A stretch of DNA of 64,000 nt from the human T2T-CHM13v2.0 reference genome, Homo sapiens. The stretch lies in the NCBI RefSeq assembly GCF_009914755.1, contig NC_060927.1, one strand, 5' to 3'. The position numbers and the translations under genes were made by a program. A model generated the notes under the pieces. The model did no database searches and was not told the origin of the DNA. It saw nothing but the letters and a program-made list of their open reading frames with translations. Positions 27,316 through 41,650 of the stretch are shown here, piece after piece; positions within the stretch are counted from its first letter, which is position 1; each line of letters opens with the position of its first letter.

Positions 27316-27392
27316 TATTTATATATATAATATATATTTACATATTTTATATATTTGTAAATATATTATATATATGTATATATATATTATTT
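27316..27392. repeat. AT-rich (TA)n low-complexity repeat
   Basis: Degenerate atatat run. Confidence 0.85.
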
Positions 27393-28082
27393 TAAACTGA
27401 CAAGTCCAAATAATAAGGGTATCTGGATAGTTATAAATGGACATTTGATGGCTCAAATAAGATTCCTGAAGCTAGGAATAGAAAACAGCCAGGTCTTCAA
27501 CCAAAAGTGAAAATCAAACCCCCTCTGCCCTCTCCTACAATGATGCCTAGCTTGGTACCCCTTAACCACCCTCTGACCAAGCACACAGGGCTTGACAGGC
27601 GTGTGTGGGGCAGTGGGACAAAGTGTTGATATCAGAGGCAGATCAGGAATGCCGATGCAGTCGGTTTTAGGAGAATGAGGAAAAGGAGGGGACTAGAGAT
27701 AACTGCCAAGACCTGTGGCTGTTGACCATCCCAGGTGCCCACTCTGAGGGTGGCTGAACACACCGTTGCCTGCACTGCACTGGGCCAGCTGCTCTGGCGC
27801 ATTCTCACACTTCCTCTACCAACCCTGCAAAGCTGTTCCCATTCCAGAGTGCGCCCTGGCACTTCCGAAGCAACTGCTCATCTCCATAGGTAGGGCTGCC
27901 TAAATCTTTGACATAACTTCTCGTTCACAGTCATTCTTTTTTGATCATATGAAAGAAACAAACTCTGTATTCCCTGTCTTGTTTGAACAATGGAAAGCAT
28001 GTGTGCTATGATCTCAAAAAAAATCTTCTCTATGGTAGAGCAATATAAGAGCCTGTACTTGGAGATAAAACAATCTCGATGT

Positions 28083-28372
28083 GGCTGGGCACCGTGGCTC
28101 ACGCCTGTAATCCCAGCACTTTGGGAGGCCGAGGCAGGAGGATCACTTGAGGTCAGGAGTTGGAGACCAGCCTGGCCGACATGGTGAAACCCCACCTGTA
28201 CTAAAACCACAAAAATTAGCCAGGCATGGTGGCACACGCCTGTAGTCCCAGCTACTCAGGAGGACAAGGCAGGAGAATCACATGAACCCAGGAGGCGGAG
28301 GTTGCAGTGAGCCAAGGTTGCCCCACTTGCACTCCAGCCTGGGCAACAAAGCAAGATTCCATTTCAAAAAAA
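28083..28372 (+). mobile_element. AluS
   Basis: Full dimer; TSD aaaacaatctc(g/t)atgt. Confidence 0.95.
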
Positions 28373-28601
28373 ATCACAAAGTAGAAAAAACAATCTCTAT
28401 GTGGCAGGAAACAGTTCTGCTTCTCAAAGCTCTGTCATCCTCTACTCTCTCTTCCTGTTTCTTCTCATCCTACTTTTTACTTCTCTCTGCCTGTGTCTAT
28501 GGAAGAGGCCACAGGAGAGAATGGAGAGAAGTTCTCTCTTCCCCAGGCTGCATTTACTTTTTGATTCTAGTTCAATTTAAGAGCGACTCCTTGTTTGCCA
28601 T

Positions 28602-28994
28602 TGATATAGTTTGGTTATTTGTCCCCACTCAAATCTTATGTTGAATTGTAATCCTGGTGGGGGTGTCTGGATCATGGGGGTAGATTTCTCATGAATGGTT
28701 TAGCACCATCCCTAATGGCTCGGTGCTGTCCTCCTGACAGTTCATTCTCACAAGATCTGGTTGTTTAAAAGTGTGTAGCACCTCCCGCTCCCTCTCAGTC
28801 CTGCTTGTGCCATATAAGATGCCTGTTCCTGCTTCACCTTCACCCAAGAGTAAAAGGTCCTTCAGGCCTCCCCAGAAGCCAACACCATGCTTCCTGTGTA
28901 GCCTGCAGAACCATGAGCCAATTAAACCTCTTTTCTTTATAAATTAACCAGTCTCAGGTATTTCCTTACAGCAATCCAAGAACAGCCTAACACA
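28602..28994 (+). mobile_element. MSTA-like solo LTR (ERVL-MaLR)
   Basis: TGATATAGTTTGG...CTAACACA; gagccaattaaacctcttttctttataaatta motif; perfect 5-bp TSD GCCAT. Confidence 0.92.
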
Positions 28995-30231
28995 GCCATC
29001 TAGTATGTCAACATTTAAAAGTGAGTTAGTTTATGATCATCAACAGCGGCAGACCGTTTTCTTCAGAGAACAGTGACAAATTGACTGCACGGCTGAATCC
29101 GTAACAGGATCTGGATTAGATCTATTTTCACCTTGCCTGCTGTTACCAGGAAAGTAGCCTGCATGTCTCACAGGCCCCACCACAGTCAGCTGCACTAGAA
29201 GGGCTCTCTCAGGTCCATCTCCCCCTGCCTCCCCACAAGAGAAGGCAGCCTTCATGAGAGAAGTCATCCTCCACACACAGCTTCCCAGGCAGGAATTCTG
29301 GCTAACAGCACAGACCACAAGGACCGAGACCTTTCCAAGGAAGGGTTTGAGACAAGAGCTTTGAAGATTGGAAGATAGAACCACCAGAATAAAGAAAGGA
29401 TGCATGAGCACCAGCAAAGATAAACAGAAGAAAAGGCAGGATATTTTGCTAAAAGGAAATGAAGAAAACAAATAGTAACACAAGCACACACACAAAAAGA
29501 AGGGCGTTCAGATAACATCAGTTCAAACAATGGCTACTCTGTGCAGTTAGTCCTTTTCCCTTTCAGAAAAACAGAATAAAAAGAAGACGAAAATGGGGAG
29601 AGAGCAGCAAAGAGAAAAGGAATAGTGACTGATACACAGACAAGATACTATACTTGCAGCTCAATTCTATATGTTTAATATTATTAATATTATTAGAAAC
29701 TCTATGTTCTGATTTATTTCAAATCAACTGCTCAGTGTATTCTGGCACGAAAAGAGTAGATTTATCTTTCAAGCTTGAGTCCCAAAAGAGATATCCAACA
29801 GGAGCCTCATAATTTTTGAAGGAAGGCTACTGCTTGGTGACCTGATACCACTCTTCATTTCTAGAAATTCATTTAAAATCCAAATTAGTTTTGGCTAATT
29901 AGCCTTTCAAAACGACCTGTTTTTGGTTAAAATACAGTGGGATAGTAAATATTTTTAAGGACTCACAGGTTTGGGAGGGATCTGAGACTGCTTCTTGCCA
30001 GAAAGCACGTAATTTTCCAAAGAAAGTGGTTTCTTCTTTTCTGGAAGATCTCTAAGAATGGAGTATTAAAACCATCCATCTCTAAGCATGGAAATATTTT
30101 ATATCCTGATGGTCCACAATTTCTTTGTTACACTCAATTAAGAATTTTGTGTTACTTATACCCATGTGCTCTGTTCATTCTGCATCTTCCTAATTGATAT
30201 GGTAGAAAAGCCACAGACTTAGAGTCAATGA

Positions 30232-30615
<384 letters not shown>

Positions 30616-30840
30616 TGAGGCCGAGAGGTTTGGTAACTTGCCCAAGGTTACTTAGTAATGGTGAAAGCTGGTTTTTAAAGACATGTATACCTGATTCCAA
30701 CAGCCATTTTATCAACACCAAGACACACAAAACACCCACCCTGCTCCTGGTGGATTTTGATTATGTCCTCAGCAAACCAAAATGCTTCACTCAAAAGCCA
30801 ATGTTTTAGTACAGACTGTGAATAAAAATGACAGTTCTTA

Positions 30841-31155
<315 letters not shown>

Positions 31156-32358
31156 AAAAAATGACAATTCTTTAGCGAGTTTCCCTGATTATAATTGTTA
31201 AATCACACATCATTCTCACAGAAGTGATCTGTGGACAGCTATCCTGGATAAAGTTTAAATAACCTAGACTGATGTTGTTAAAGATGGCTTTCCACAACTG
31301 ACATTTTAAAAAGTGAACTCAGTCCAAGAAGTTAAAAAAAAAAAAAAAGTCTACCTGGATTTATTCTATCTCTAATCAAAACAATATTTCTCACATATGA
31401 AAGTAGAGGGGTTGGAGCTGTATCTTCCAGACATTTGGCAGTTCATTTTCTCTTGTGCCTGTGACTAAAACCAGACTTGCAAATTTAAAATATGCCTATC
31501 TTTTTTCAGAAATATTCAAACAAAAAGTGTCTACAAATCTACGCATACACTGCTTAGAGCAACTTGGATGAAGACCTGGGGAGAATCCTGAGATCCATTT
31601 ATTTTCCTAATAACAAATAATACAAGATTCTTTCCAAACTGGTTTGGGAGAGAGATCAAACGTTTAGTTATACCTCTTGATAACAGTTAGTTGGCAGATA
31701 GTAACTGCCTTGTAGAGTCTATCTAAAAGAATAGCCATCAAAAATAAAAATACAAAACTCAAAAATTTATGGGGGAAAATTCACTTGTTCTCAACCATAT
31801 TTTTATTAATAGGAAAATACAACATGAAACAGAATTCTGAAAGGAAAAGGAGGAGAAGATGTATTTGTCAACTGAAATTCATAGTCCAGTGGCATTTTAG
31901 CAGGTCTGGTATTCTGCTTTTTGCTCTCCCACTACTTACTTGTGAGGCCTTGTTCACATAATTTTAGCTCATTTGTAAATGGAATTACCAAGGACATCTG
32001 GTTAAACACCCAGAAAACATGACATAGTCAGAACCCAATACCAAATCTGATTTCATGGTTACCCTGAAAATCCACAGGATCCCCCATCCATTCCCAGCCT
32101 CTTAATCCAACCAAGTTTAGAGATTATTGTCAATCATCAACCATTCTGGGGAGGCAAGTCCATTTGATCAATGCAATGGATCAAAAGACGAGTTATTTCA
32201 AACATCCACTCTGTGTACCTAACAATCGCCTCATTAACTTATTTATGCCAACAAAAACCCTTCTGGTGTCATTTCCAATTTCAATAGGATTTTAAAAGGA
32301 AGGTAAACTCTAATTTAGAACCCATGTGCCCAACGCTGTGCTAGGCACCTTCACATAG

Positions 32359-32979
32359 TGATACAGGAGTTAAGAAGAAATTACTTAGGCAGATAGGGTA
32401 CAGAAGTCCTCAGTAAGGTTTTCCTTTTAATGAAAAGCAGCTCCAAATCATTTTCTAACAAAGAGCAGCCTGTAAAGTCCAGCTGCAGACACAGACAGGC
32501 AAGCTGGGAACTTGCACGGGTGAATGCCAGAAGGAAAGAACTACCTGGGACTAGGCATATTCAAAATGGTGGCTCCATCTTCCGTTCTCTGCCAACCACA
32601 TGTGTAGTAAGAAGGAGACAAGATGGCGCTGGCCAAGGGGAAAGTTTATTTGCATAATAACATTAGGGTGGGGCGACCAGCCTTCCCCACGGCTATGTAA
32701 ACGTCACACCTGACTGAACCAATCTGTGAGCCCTACTTAAATCAGATACTGCCTCCTCAAGCCGGACTACAAAGTCCGGCGCATCCACTACCGGTTGCTC
32801 TTTTCCTCTCGGAAGTCCCCTCTCTTACTAGAGAGAGAGCTGTTTTCCTTTCTTTTTTTCTCTTTATTCTGCCCATTAAACTTCCACTCCTAAACTCCTC
32901 GCGTGTGTTCGTGTCCTAAATTTTCTTGGTGCAAGACGACGAACCCCAGGTATTTACCCCACACAATGTAGCTGCTTCA
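32359..32979 (+). mobile_element. ERV1 solo LTR, LTR27-like
   Basis: TGATACAGGAG...GCTTCA ends, 4-bp TSD ATAG, CCAAT box, attaaa poly(A) signal. Confidence 0.85.
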
Positions 32980-33309
32980 ATAGTGCTTTTATTTAAAGTC
33001 AAACATAAACTGCTATATTGCGACCTGACAGGTCTATTCTTATAGGCTGTGCGAGGATTAATAAAGATAGTGGACTGCTAGTGCTCTATCAATGGCAAAA
33101 TTAAATAAATGTTAAATATTATATTTCAGGTCACATGGAGGTTCAATTCCATACATGTCTCACCAAGGCTCCCTCCCTCAGCTCTAAGCTTATAGTCTAT
33201 GGTCTAAAGAGCCTCAAGGATGGTTCGATAACAGCAATGATATCAAAGTCCAAAGAATTGTCTTGGATGTTAAACTGGAGGTACTAAGGTGGTAAAGAAT
33301 TGTAAGGAA

Positions 33310-33620
<311 letters not shown>

Positions 33621-33938
33621 GAATTGGAAGGAAAACTTAGCCAAAGGGCTAGATCTTTATTGGTTGTTACTTATGCAGGGAGAGGTAGCTAAGAGAACAT
33701 GGGACTTTAGGGCCAGAGACCTGGGTGTACAGCATGGGCTTTTTCAAAGTGCTGAGGGTCTGATTTTAGACAAATCACATATCCTTCTTAGTGACCAATT
33801 TCCTTTTCTTTTTCCATTTTATTATACAAAAGTAGAGAGAATAATGAACCCCAACTTACTCATCACCTGGCTTCAACAATGATTAACTCATAGCCAAACA
33901 GTTCATCTGTCACCCAGCCTCCCTTCCTGGATTGTTGA

Positions 33939-34681
33939 TGCATTGGTTATCTATTACTGCGTAACAAATTATCCCAAAACTTAGTGGCTTAGAACAAGCA
34001 TTTATTATCTCACACTTCCTGTGCGTCAGGAATTTGGAAGCAGCTGGGTGGCTCTGGCTCAGAGTCTCTCACAAAGCTATAGTCAGGATGTAGGCAGGAA
34101 CTGCAGTCATTCAAAGGCTTAGAGCTAAGGCTAAAGAAGGGAATGGCAATAGGTCCCTAAGCCAAAACTGGCCTACAGCCTGTTCGGTAAACAAAGTTTA
34201 CTGGAACATAGCCACGCTCTTTCATTTACGTATGTCTAAGACTGCTTTTGCATTACAGCAGCAGAACTATTAGCTGTGATAGAGACTGGATGGCCCACGT
34301 GCCTAAAGTATTTATTATCTGGCCCTTTACAGAAAAAGTTTGCCAACTCCTAGCCCAGAGAATCTGTTTCCAAGATCACTTGCTCCCATGGTTGTTGGCA
34401 ATAAGCCATGTTCCTAGTCCTGTAGGCTTCTACACTGGCTGGCTGAGTGTCCTCACAACATGGCAGCTAGCTTCGCAAGAGGAAGAGTGATTCAAGAGGG
34501 AGAAGGCAGAAGCCATCATGTTGTTTAATGACCTGGCCTCAGAAGAAACATAACGTCATTTCTACAGTATTCTACTGATCACACAGAAAAATCAAGATAC
34601 AAAGTGGGAGAGGACTCCACAAGGGCATAAATACTAGGCAGCAGGGATCACTGTAGAACATCGTAGAAGCTGACAACAACA
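33939..34681 (-). mobile_element. MLT1F/G-like solo LTR with a nested MER58A (~34135-34352)
   Basis: gttatctattactgcgtaacaaattatcccaaaacttagtggctta is the reverse complement of an MLT1 3' end; MER58A motif ggccctttacagaaaaagtttgccaactcct. Confidence 0.8.
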
Positions 34682-34839
34682 GCTGGAGATCCATTCCTTA
34701 ATCTGTAAAGTCAGAATTCCTAAAAAGATCATTTCTATAGAATTTTTCAACTCTAACATTGGACAATTATATGATGCAGAGAACTTCTGATATATTTTTG
34801 TGTTTCAATCATAGATGTATTCAATTAGTATTTGTTGCA

Positions 34840-35128
34840 TTTTTTTTTTTTTTTGAGATGGAGTCTTGCTCTGTTGCCCAGGCTGGAGTGTGATCTTGGC
34901 TCAATGCAACCTCCGCCTCCCGGGTTCAAGCAATTCTCCTGCCTCAGCCTCCTCAGTAGCTGGGACTACAGCTGTGCACCACCATGGCTGGCTAATTCTT
35001 TGTATTTTTGTAGAGATGGGGTTTCACCATGTTGGCCAGGCTGGTCTTGAACTCCTGACCTCAAACAATCCACCCACCTCGGCCTCCCAAAGTGCTGGGA
35101 TGACAGGCGTGAGCTACTGCACCCAGCT
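34840..35128 (-). mobile_element. AluS
   Basis: Full dimer. Confidence 0.95.
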
Positions 35129-35430
35129 GTTGCTGAATTTTAATATCTGTATTTTCATTTTGAGTTACATATGGGTTCACTATATTACTATTTATGTTCT
35201 CATAAGCATTATTTCTTTATGAAGTGATTATTTTCCTTTAGGTAGTATTTAAAAGAGTTCTTAAATCCAAACATTTCTTGTTTTCTACATTCTATTCTTA
35301 AGAGAAAGAAACAAATGAGCAAACATGTTGTTCTTAGGGCTTTACTTTAAAAGTCTAAATTTCCTAGCCTATCAATCACTAATATATTTCAGCCCAGTTT
35401 CTCTATGTTTATTACATAATATAATATTCA

Positions 35431-35852
<422 letters not shown>

Positions 35853-36253
35853 GAATACTGTTTGTTACAGTAAACAAAAAATTTCCTATTTTAGCAGTTT
35901 ACTAGTAATTAAAAACAAAGTTTTTTTTTAAGTGTGGTTTCCTACACTTTTGGTGTAGGAAAGTATATTAAATATTTAATAATGGTTTCCTGAATCTAAT
36001 ACCCAACTATAACACACACAGGATAATTTCAAAGTCAAAGGATTAGCACTTAATAGTTGAAAAAAGGCACAAAGGGATGGGGCTTTGACCTTAATGATGT
36101 TCACTTAATTAATGACTATTTCATTCAACGATTATAAATCTACATTTCTGGAGTAATCCTGCTTCCAAAAAGCTTCTTGTCTGGTAGTCATAGACCAGTA
36201 TCTTTAAATTCGATGATGCCAACAGTATAATCTTTTAAAAAGAATTGGCCAGG

Positions 36254-36850
<597 letters not shown>

Positions 36851-36855
36851 AAAAG

Positions 36856-37161
36856 AACTGGGCATGGTGGCTCATACCTGTAATCCCAGCACTTTAGGAG
36901 GCCCAGGTGGGCAGATCACTTGAGCCCAGGAGTTCGAAACCAGCCTGGGCAACATGGCAAGACCCTGTCTCTACTATAAATATACAGAAAAATACAAAAT
37001 ATTAGAGAGGTGTGGTGGCTAACACTGGTAGTTCCAGCTACTTGGTAGGCTGAGGAAGCAGGATTGTTTGAGCCTGGAAGGTCAAGGCTGTAGTGAGCTG
37101 TGATCGTGCCACTGCACTCCAGCCTGAGTGACGGAGTAAGACCATGTCTCCAAAAAAAAAA
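36856..37161 (+). mobile_element. AluJ (third of three tandem Alus)
   Basis: Full dimer with A tail. Confidence 0.92.
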
Positions 37162-37402
37162 GTTTTTTATTGTGGTAAAATACGTGTAACATAAAATCTC
37201 TACCTCCCTCTTCATAACTTTTTCATCTAACAGTATAATCTTTTAATTTCCTAAAATATTTAATAAAAAGTAAATAAATGGATACATAAGCCAATCCTAG
37301 GCATTTACCTGCAAAAGAAGAGCTGCTCTCCCATATGTTGACCATCATGGCAATGCAATTATTAATCTAATACAGAATATGAGATTGGAACTCTAACTTT
37401 AA

Positions 37403-37725
<323 letters not shown>

Positions 37726-38664
37726 CTTTTTTGTTGTTTTTAAATATAGTTTTAAGCATTCTGATATCTCTAGAATTTATTATGAGGCAAGTTTTTTCTT
37801 TACCAATGCAAATACATTTGAATGACATCTGTGAAAATGGTCCCAAGCACACAGCCATCACTTCTACAGCATAGTGGCCCCAAGGCCTTTCTCTGTGGAA
37901 TGGACCTGTGCCTCCAGGCCCCCTCTTACCACATTGCTTCCAATCTATCAATGGGGTGACTTGAAAAATGGTAAATTTTATTCCATTTCACAGCCTATTC
38001 AGTAGTTTTCATAAGAAAAAATAAATCTGCCTATGATTTGGCCATGTTTCTCACATCTACGGGGAATATTAAGATATATAAATTTTACAGTTTGCTTAGC
38101 AAACCAATGAGATAAGTAGTCACTTACATACATTGTTTACTGAGGAAGACAACGATCAGAAGAGCTGTAGTTTTATTTTACTGTCTGGATGCCTCTGTGC
38201 ACTTTAAAGAAATTTTTCTCTAGTGAAAACATAAAATACAGGAGGAAAAAGTCTACCCATCAGTGATAAAAGGAGGATTGCTCCAGAGCCTGAATTAGTT
38301 TTCTAGCTAACAAGTACAAGTGCAAAGTACAAACTATTTTAGAATTCTTTCTTGCGTGATTTGGGGTTATTTTACAATCTTGGGGAGCTACTCTTGTTAC
38401 TGATGTCAATCACAGTCAGATTTTTTTTGGAAAAAAAAAAAAAAGGATTTGAGCTTTATCAAGGCAAGGTATGTGGTCCTTCTAAAGTGTCCACATACAA
38501 TTCTTCAGAATGCATTCTCTTCCCCAGTGATCCCAGAAAGGCACATGACCTGTTTCCATTTCTGCCAGAGTATCTATTTTAAGACTCTTTTTTTTGTCCA
38601 AGGACATCATTTGTCCTTATTTATTTAATATATTGGCTTGTGAATTACATGTGAGTCAACAAAC

Positions 38665-38960
38665 TCAGTTTGATTAAGTGGATATTTATTCAGAGTCTAT
38701 TGGGCGCCAGGCCCTATGCTGGGTGAGGGGACTCAGCAGTGAGTGAGTCATCACCTGGCCCTCGGGGACCTCGCAGCTCACAAGGGAGACTGAAACAGAA
38801 CAAACTATAGTGGGGCAAATGAACAGAAATGGGCACCAGGCTCCTGTTACACAATGGGAAGAAGGCTTTCTCCAGGAGGTGGGGTCTGTGAAGCTGACTG
38901 CAGAGGGCAGGTATACTGGTGGTCAGAGTTACAAAGTAGGAGTGCTTGGGAATCTTGCTA
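38665..38960 (-). mobile_element. L2 3'-end fragment
   Basis: atatttattcagagtctattgggcgccaggccctatgctggg is the antisense of an L2 3' end. Confidence 0.6.
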
Positions 38961-39500
38961 GACCCAAAAGGTGCAAAGGAGCCAGTATTTATTTGTGCAT
39001 TAATCATCTTTAAAGGAGGTTATCATTTTATCAATTGGAGAGAAATTTACTGTGCAAAAAATTACCTGCAAATGGCTAACAGACCCTACCGTGGAGAGCT
39101 GTTCTGAAGAGACACTGGCACATGCAAAAGGTTTAGAACAGTGCCTGGCTCATGTTCTCACACACTACATGTCAGCTGTTACTACCTCATTGTTATTACA
39201 GCCCAGCTGTGTTAGGTCATGAAAATAGGTGGGATTGCCACAAAGGTAGAATTCTGACTCTCCAGGCAAATCTGATGTTACGGTACCATTTTATCCTAGA
39301 ATTCCTTGCTGGGTTCACCCAGCAAATGCATGAGTTGGTCCTCCTCCTCCCTCATCATCCTCATTCCCCCAACACACTGCTCCATAATGGGTCTTACTCA
39401 CATTGCCTCATTCCAGCCTCATTCTGACTTTGCCCCATTTGAGTGTTGGGGGGACTCTAATACAGGAAGGTCAAGTCACTTCTCTGCAGCTACACAGGGC

Positions 39501-40179
39501 TGAAACCTCCTTTGCAAAAATCGTTGCAGTGAGAAAGTTATGACACTGAAAGGGATCTGATCTAACCAACTCCATCTTGCTTCCAACCTCTAAGCTAGCT
39601 GCCCTTGCTCATTCCTAGGCAAAGGCCGAACTAACTTTGGAAGAAACTTAGTTTATAGTTTAACTTTGAAACAAAGATGATTAACAGTCCTTTCCTGAAA
39701 CAAACTCCTTTCTTGCCTGGGAGCCAGACCACCTTTATAAAACTAACAAATTAGCCACAAGACTTGCAACTTCCCCAGTTACTCCTGCAGATAACATGTA
39801 GAATCTAAGATCGGTCTTTTAAAATCTCTTTTCCAGTTTTTGCATTTCTGAGGACTGATGGCTCCACCAGATTCACCAACCAGTCCTGTGGCCCTCACCC
39901 AGGAACTGACTCAGCTGAAGAAGACAGCTTTGACTCACTGTGATTTCACCTCTGATCCAATTAGTCGGTACTCCCCATTCCCTGGCCCCCTACCCACCAA
40001 ACTATCCTTGAAAAACTCTAGTCTGAATTTTTGGGGAGACTGATTTGAGTAATAATAAAACTGCTCTCATGTTCAACCTGCTCTGCATGAATTAAACTAG
40101 TTCTCTAGTGCAATTCTCCTGTCTTGATAAATTGGCTCTATCTGGGCAGCGGGCGAAATGAACCCTTTGGGTGGTGACA
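39501..40179 (+). mobile_element. ERV1 solo LTR, LTR8-like
   Basis: TGAAACCTCCTTTGCAAAAAT...GGTGACA; perfect 4-bp TSD GGGC; aataaa near 40054. Confidence 0.9.
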
Positions 40180-40513
40180 GGGCTGGAAGACAAACCTTCC
40201 AGTGAAAGAAGAAAGGGAGAGGCAGGCTCAGACAGGCCACCCAAATGATAGATATACCATAAACTTTGGTACTTTTTACTGGGCCTAGACCTGACTTGGG
40301 GCCCCAGGAAGTAGACCACCCCTTCCTAAGGACTGTGGCTATTGGCTTTGTTAGAGGCTAATTCTGTATTTGGATTTAACATTTCATTCTGAACTAGATG
40401 TTAGCAGATTAATATGTGATTACCTATTCAATAGTCAAATACTTTAGCACCTTAATTCTAGGCTGTAAAATTTTACAGTTTCCATTAAAAATGCTTATGT
40501 ATTTACTGTAACT

Positions 40514-40640
40514 TTTTTTTTTTTTTTTTTTTTAAATAGAGATGAGGTCTTGCCATGTTGCCCAGGCTGGTCTCAAGCTATCTGTCTGCCTTGGTCTCCT
40601 AAAGTGCTAGGATTACAGACATGAGCCACTGTGCCCAGCC
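40514..40640 (-). mobile_element. Alu monomer (FLAM-like)
   Basis: Single left arm; TSD tatttac..taactt. Confidence 0.88.
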
Positions 40641-40767
40641 TCTATTTACCTTAACTTGAGAGCACAAATGGAGCGGGGGGAAGAAGTTCAGAAGTTCTTA
40701 CGAAATGTTGAAAAAAACCTATTAAATTAGGTTAATATTTAACCTAATTTAACACTGAATACTTAAA

Positions 40768-41650
40768 TATAAACCAAAAATAAAATCCTAAGCTGCTCAA
40801 CTAACAGAACGGACCCCCTCCCCTGGGCCAAAGGGACCTCAGAGAATCCTGGAAAGCTGAATTCTCAGCCATGACAGGGAGGTTGGCAGGCCTCATTATA
40901 CATTCTCCCTTTTGGAGTTTAGGTACAAATGACTACCACCAGCATTAACATTAAAATAGAGATCATTAGACTGTCAAAACAGACCCTTTGTGGCAGTAAG
41001 ATAACAAATTGCAACCTGGCTGCAGTACAGCATCACATGACAGATAGCAGACCCCAAAGGAAATCAAATATTTTACCCCACAATATATTTCTTTGACGTA
41101 TTTTGAAATGCTTCCACAATACTATCTCTTGTGGGGGAAATCTGCGTCTGTAGAGAATATCCATTAATACAGCCAGTCCTTTCCTGGATCTAGGAGAGAT
41201 GAACCAAGAGTCTGATACCTCTTAAGGTCTGAAGAAACATTTACCATGTATCCCCTCTGAAGGGTGCTACCATCTACCCAACAAGAACCTTGGCTTCCAC
41301 AAACCCCTTTATCTTAACTCAGGCATTTCCTTCTACTGCCTCCAGGTCTTTAGACAAAGCTTGACTCTTTCAACCAATTGCCAATTTGAATCCACCTATG
41401 ACCTGTAAGCCCATCCCTCCCCCGCCTCCACACCTTTCACATCGCATCAATGTATACCTCACATGTATTTATTTATGTCTTTCTCTGTAACTTCTGTCTC
41501 CCTAAAATGCATAATGAAACCAAACTGTAACGTGACTGCCTTGGGCACTTTCTCAGGACCTCGAGACTGTTCCCTGGGACTATGGTCACTCATATTGGCT
41601 TAGAATAAACCTCTTTAAATATCTTACAGAGTTTGGTTTTTCCATTAACA
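40768..41650 (+). mobile_element. ERV1 solo LTR, MER4D/E-like
   Basis: TATAAACCAAAAATAAAAT start (TG decayed to TA), end agaataaacctctttaaatat...ttaaca; 4-bp TSD TAAA. Confidence 0.88.

Noticed and set aside
27316-27392. AT-rich self-complementary stretch as a possible miRNA hairpin
   Set aside because: Simple (TA)n low complexity.
29040-29495. 151-aa minus-strand ORF
   Set aside because: Starts in a pyrimidine/GT-rich tract, is not in the ANO10 frame at the 29448 acceptor and has no recognisable homology.
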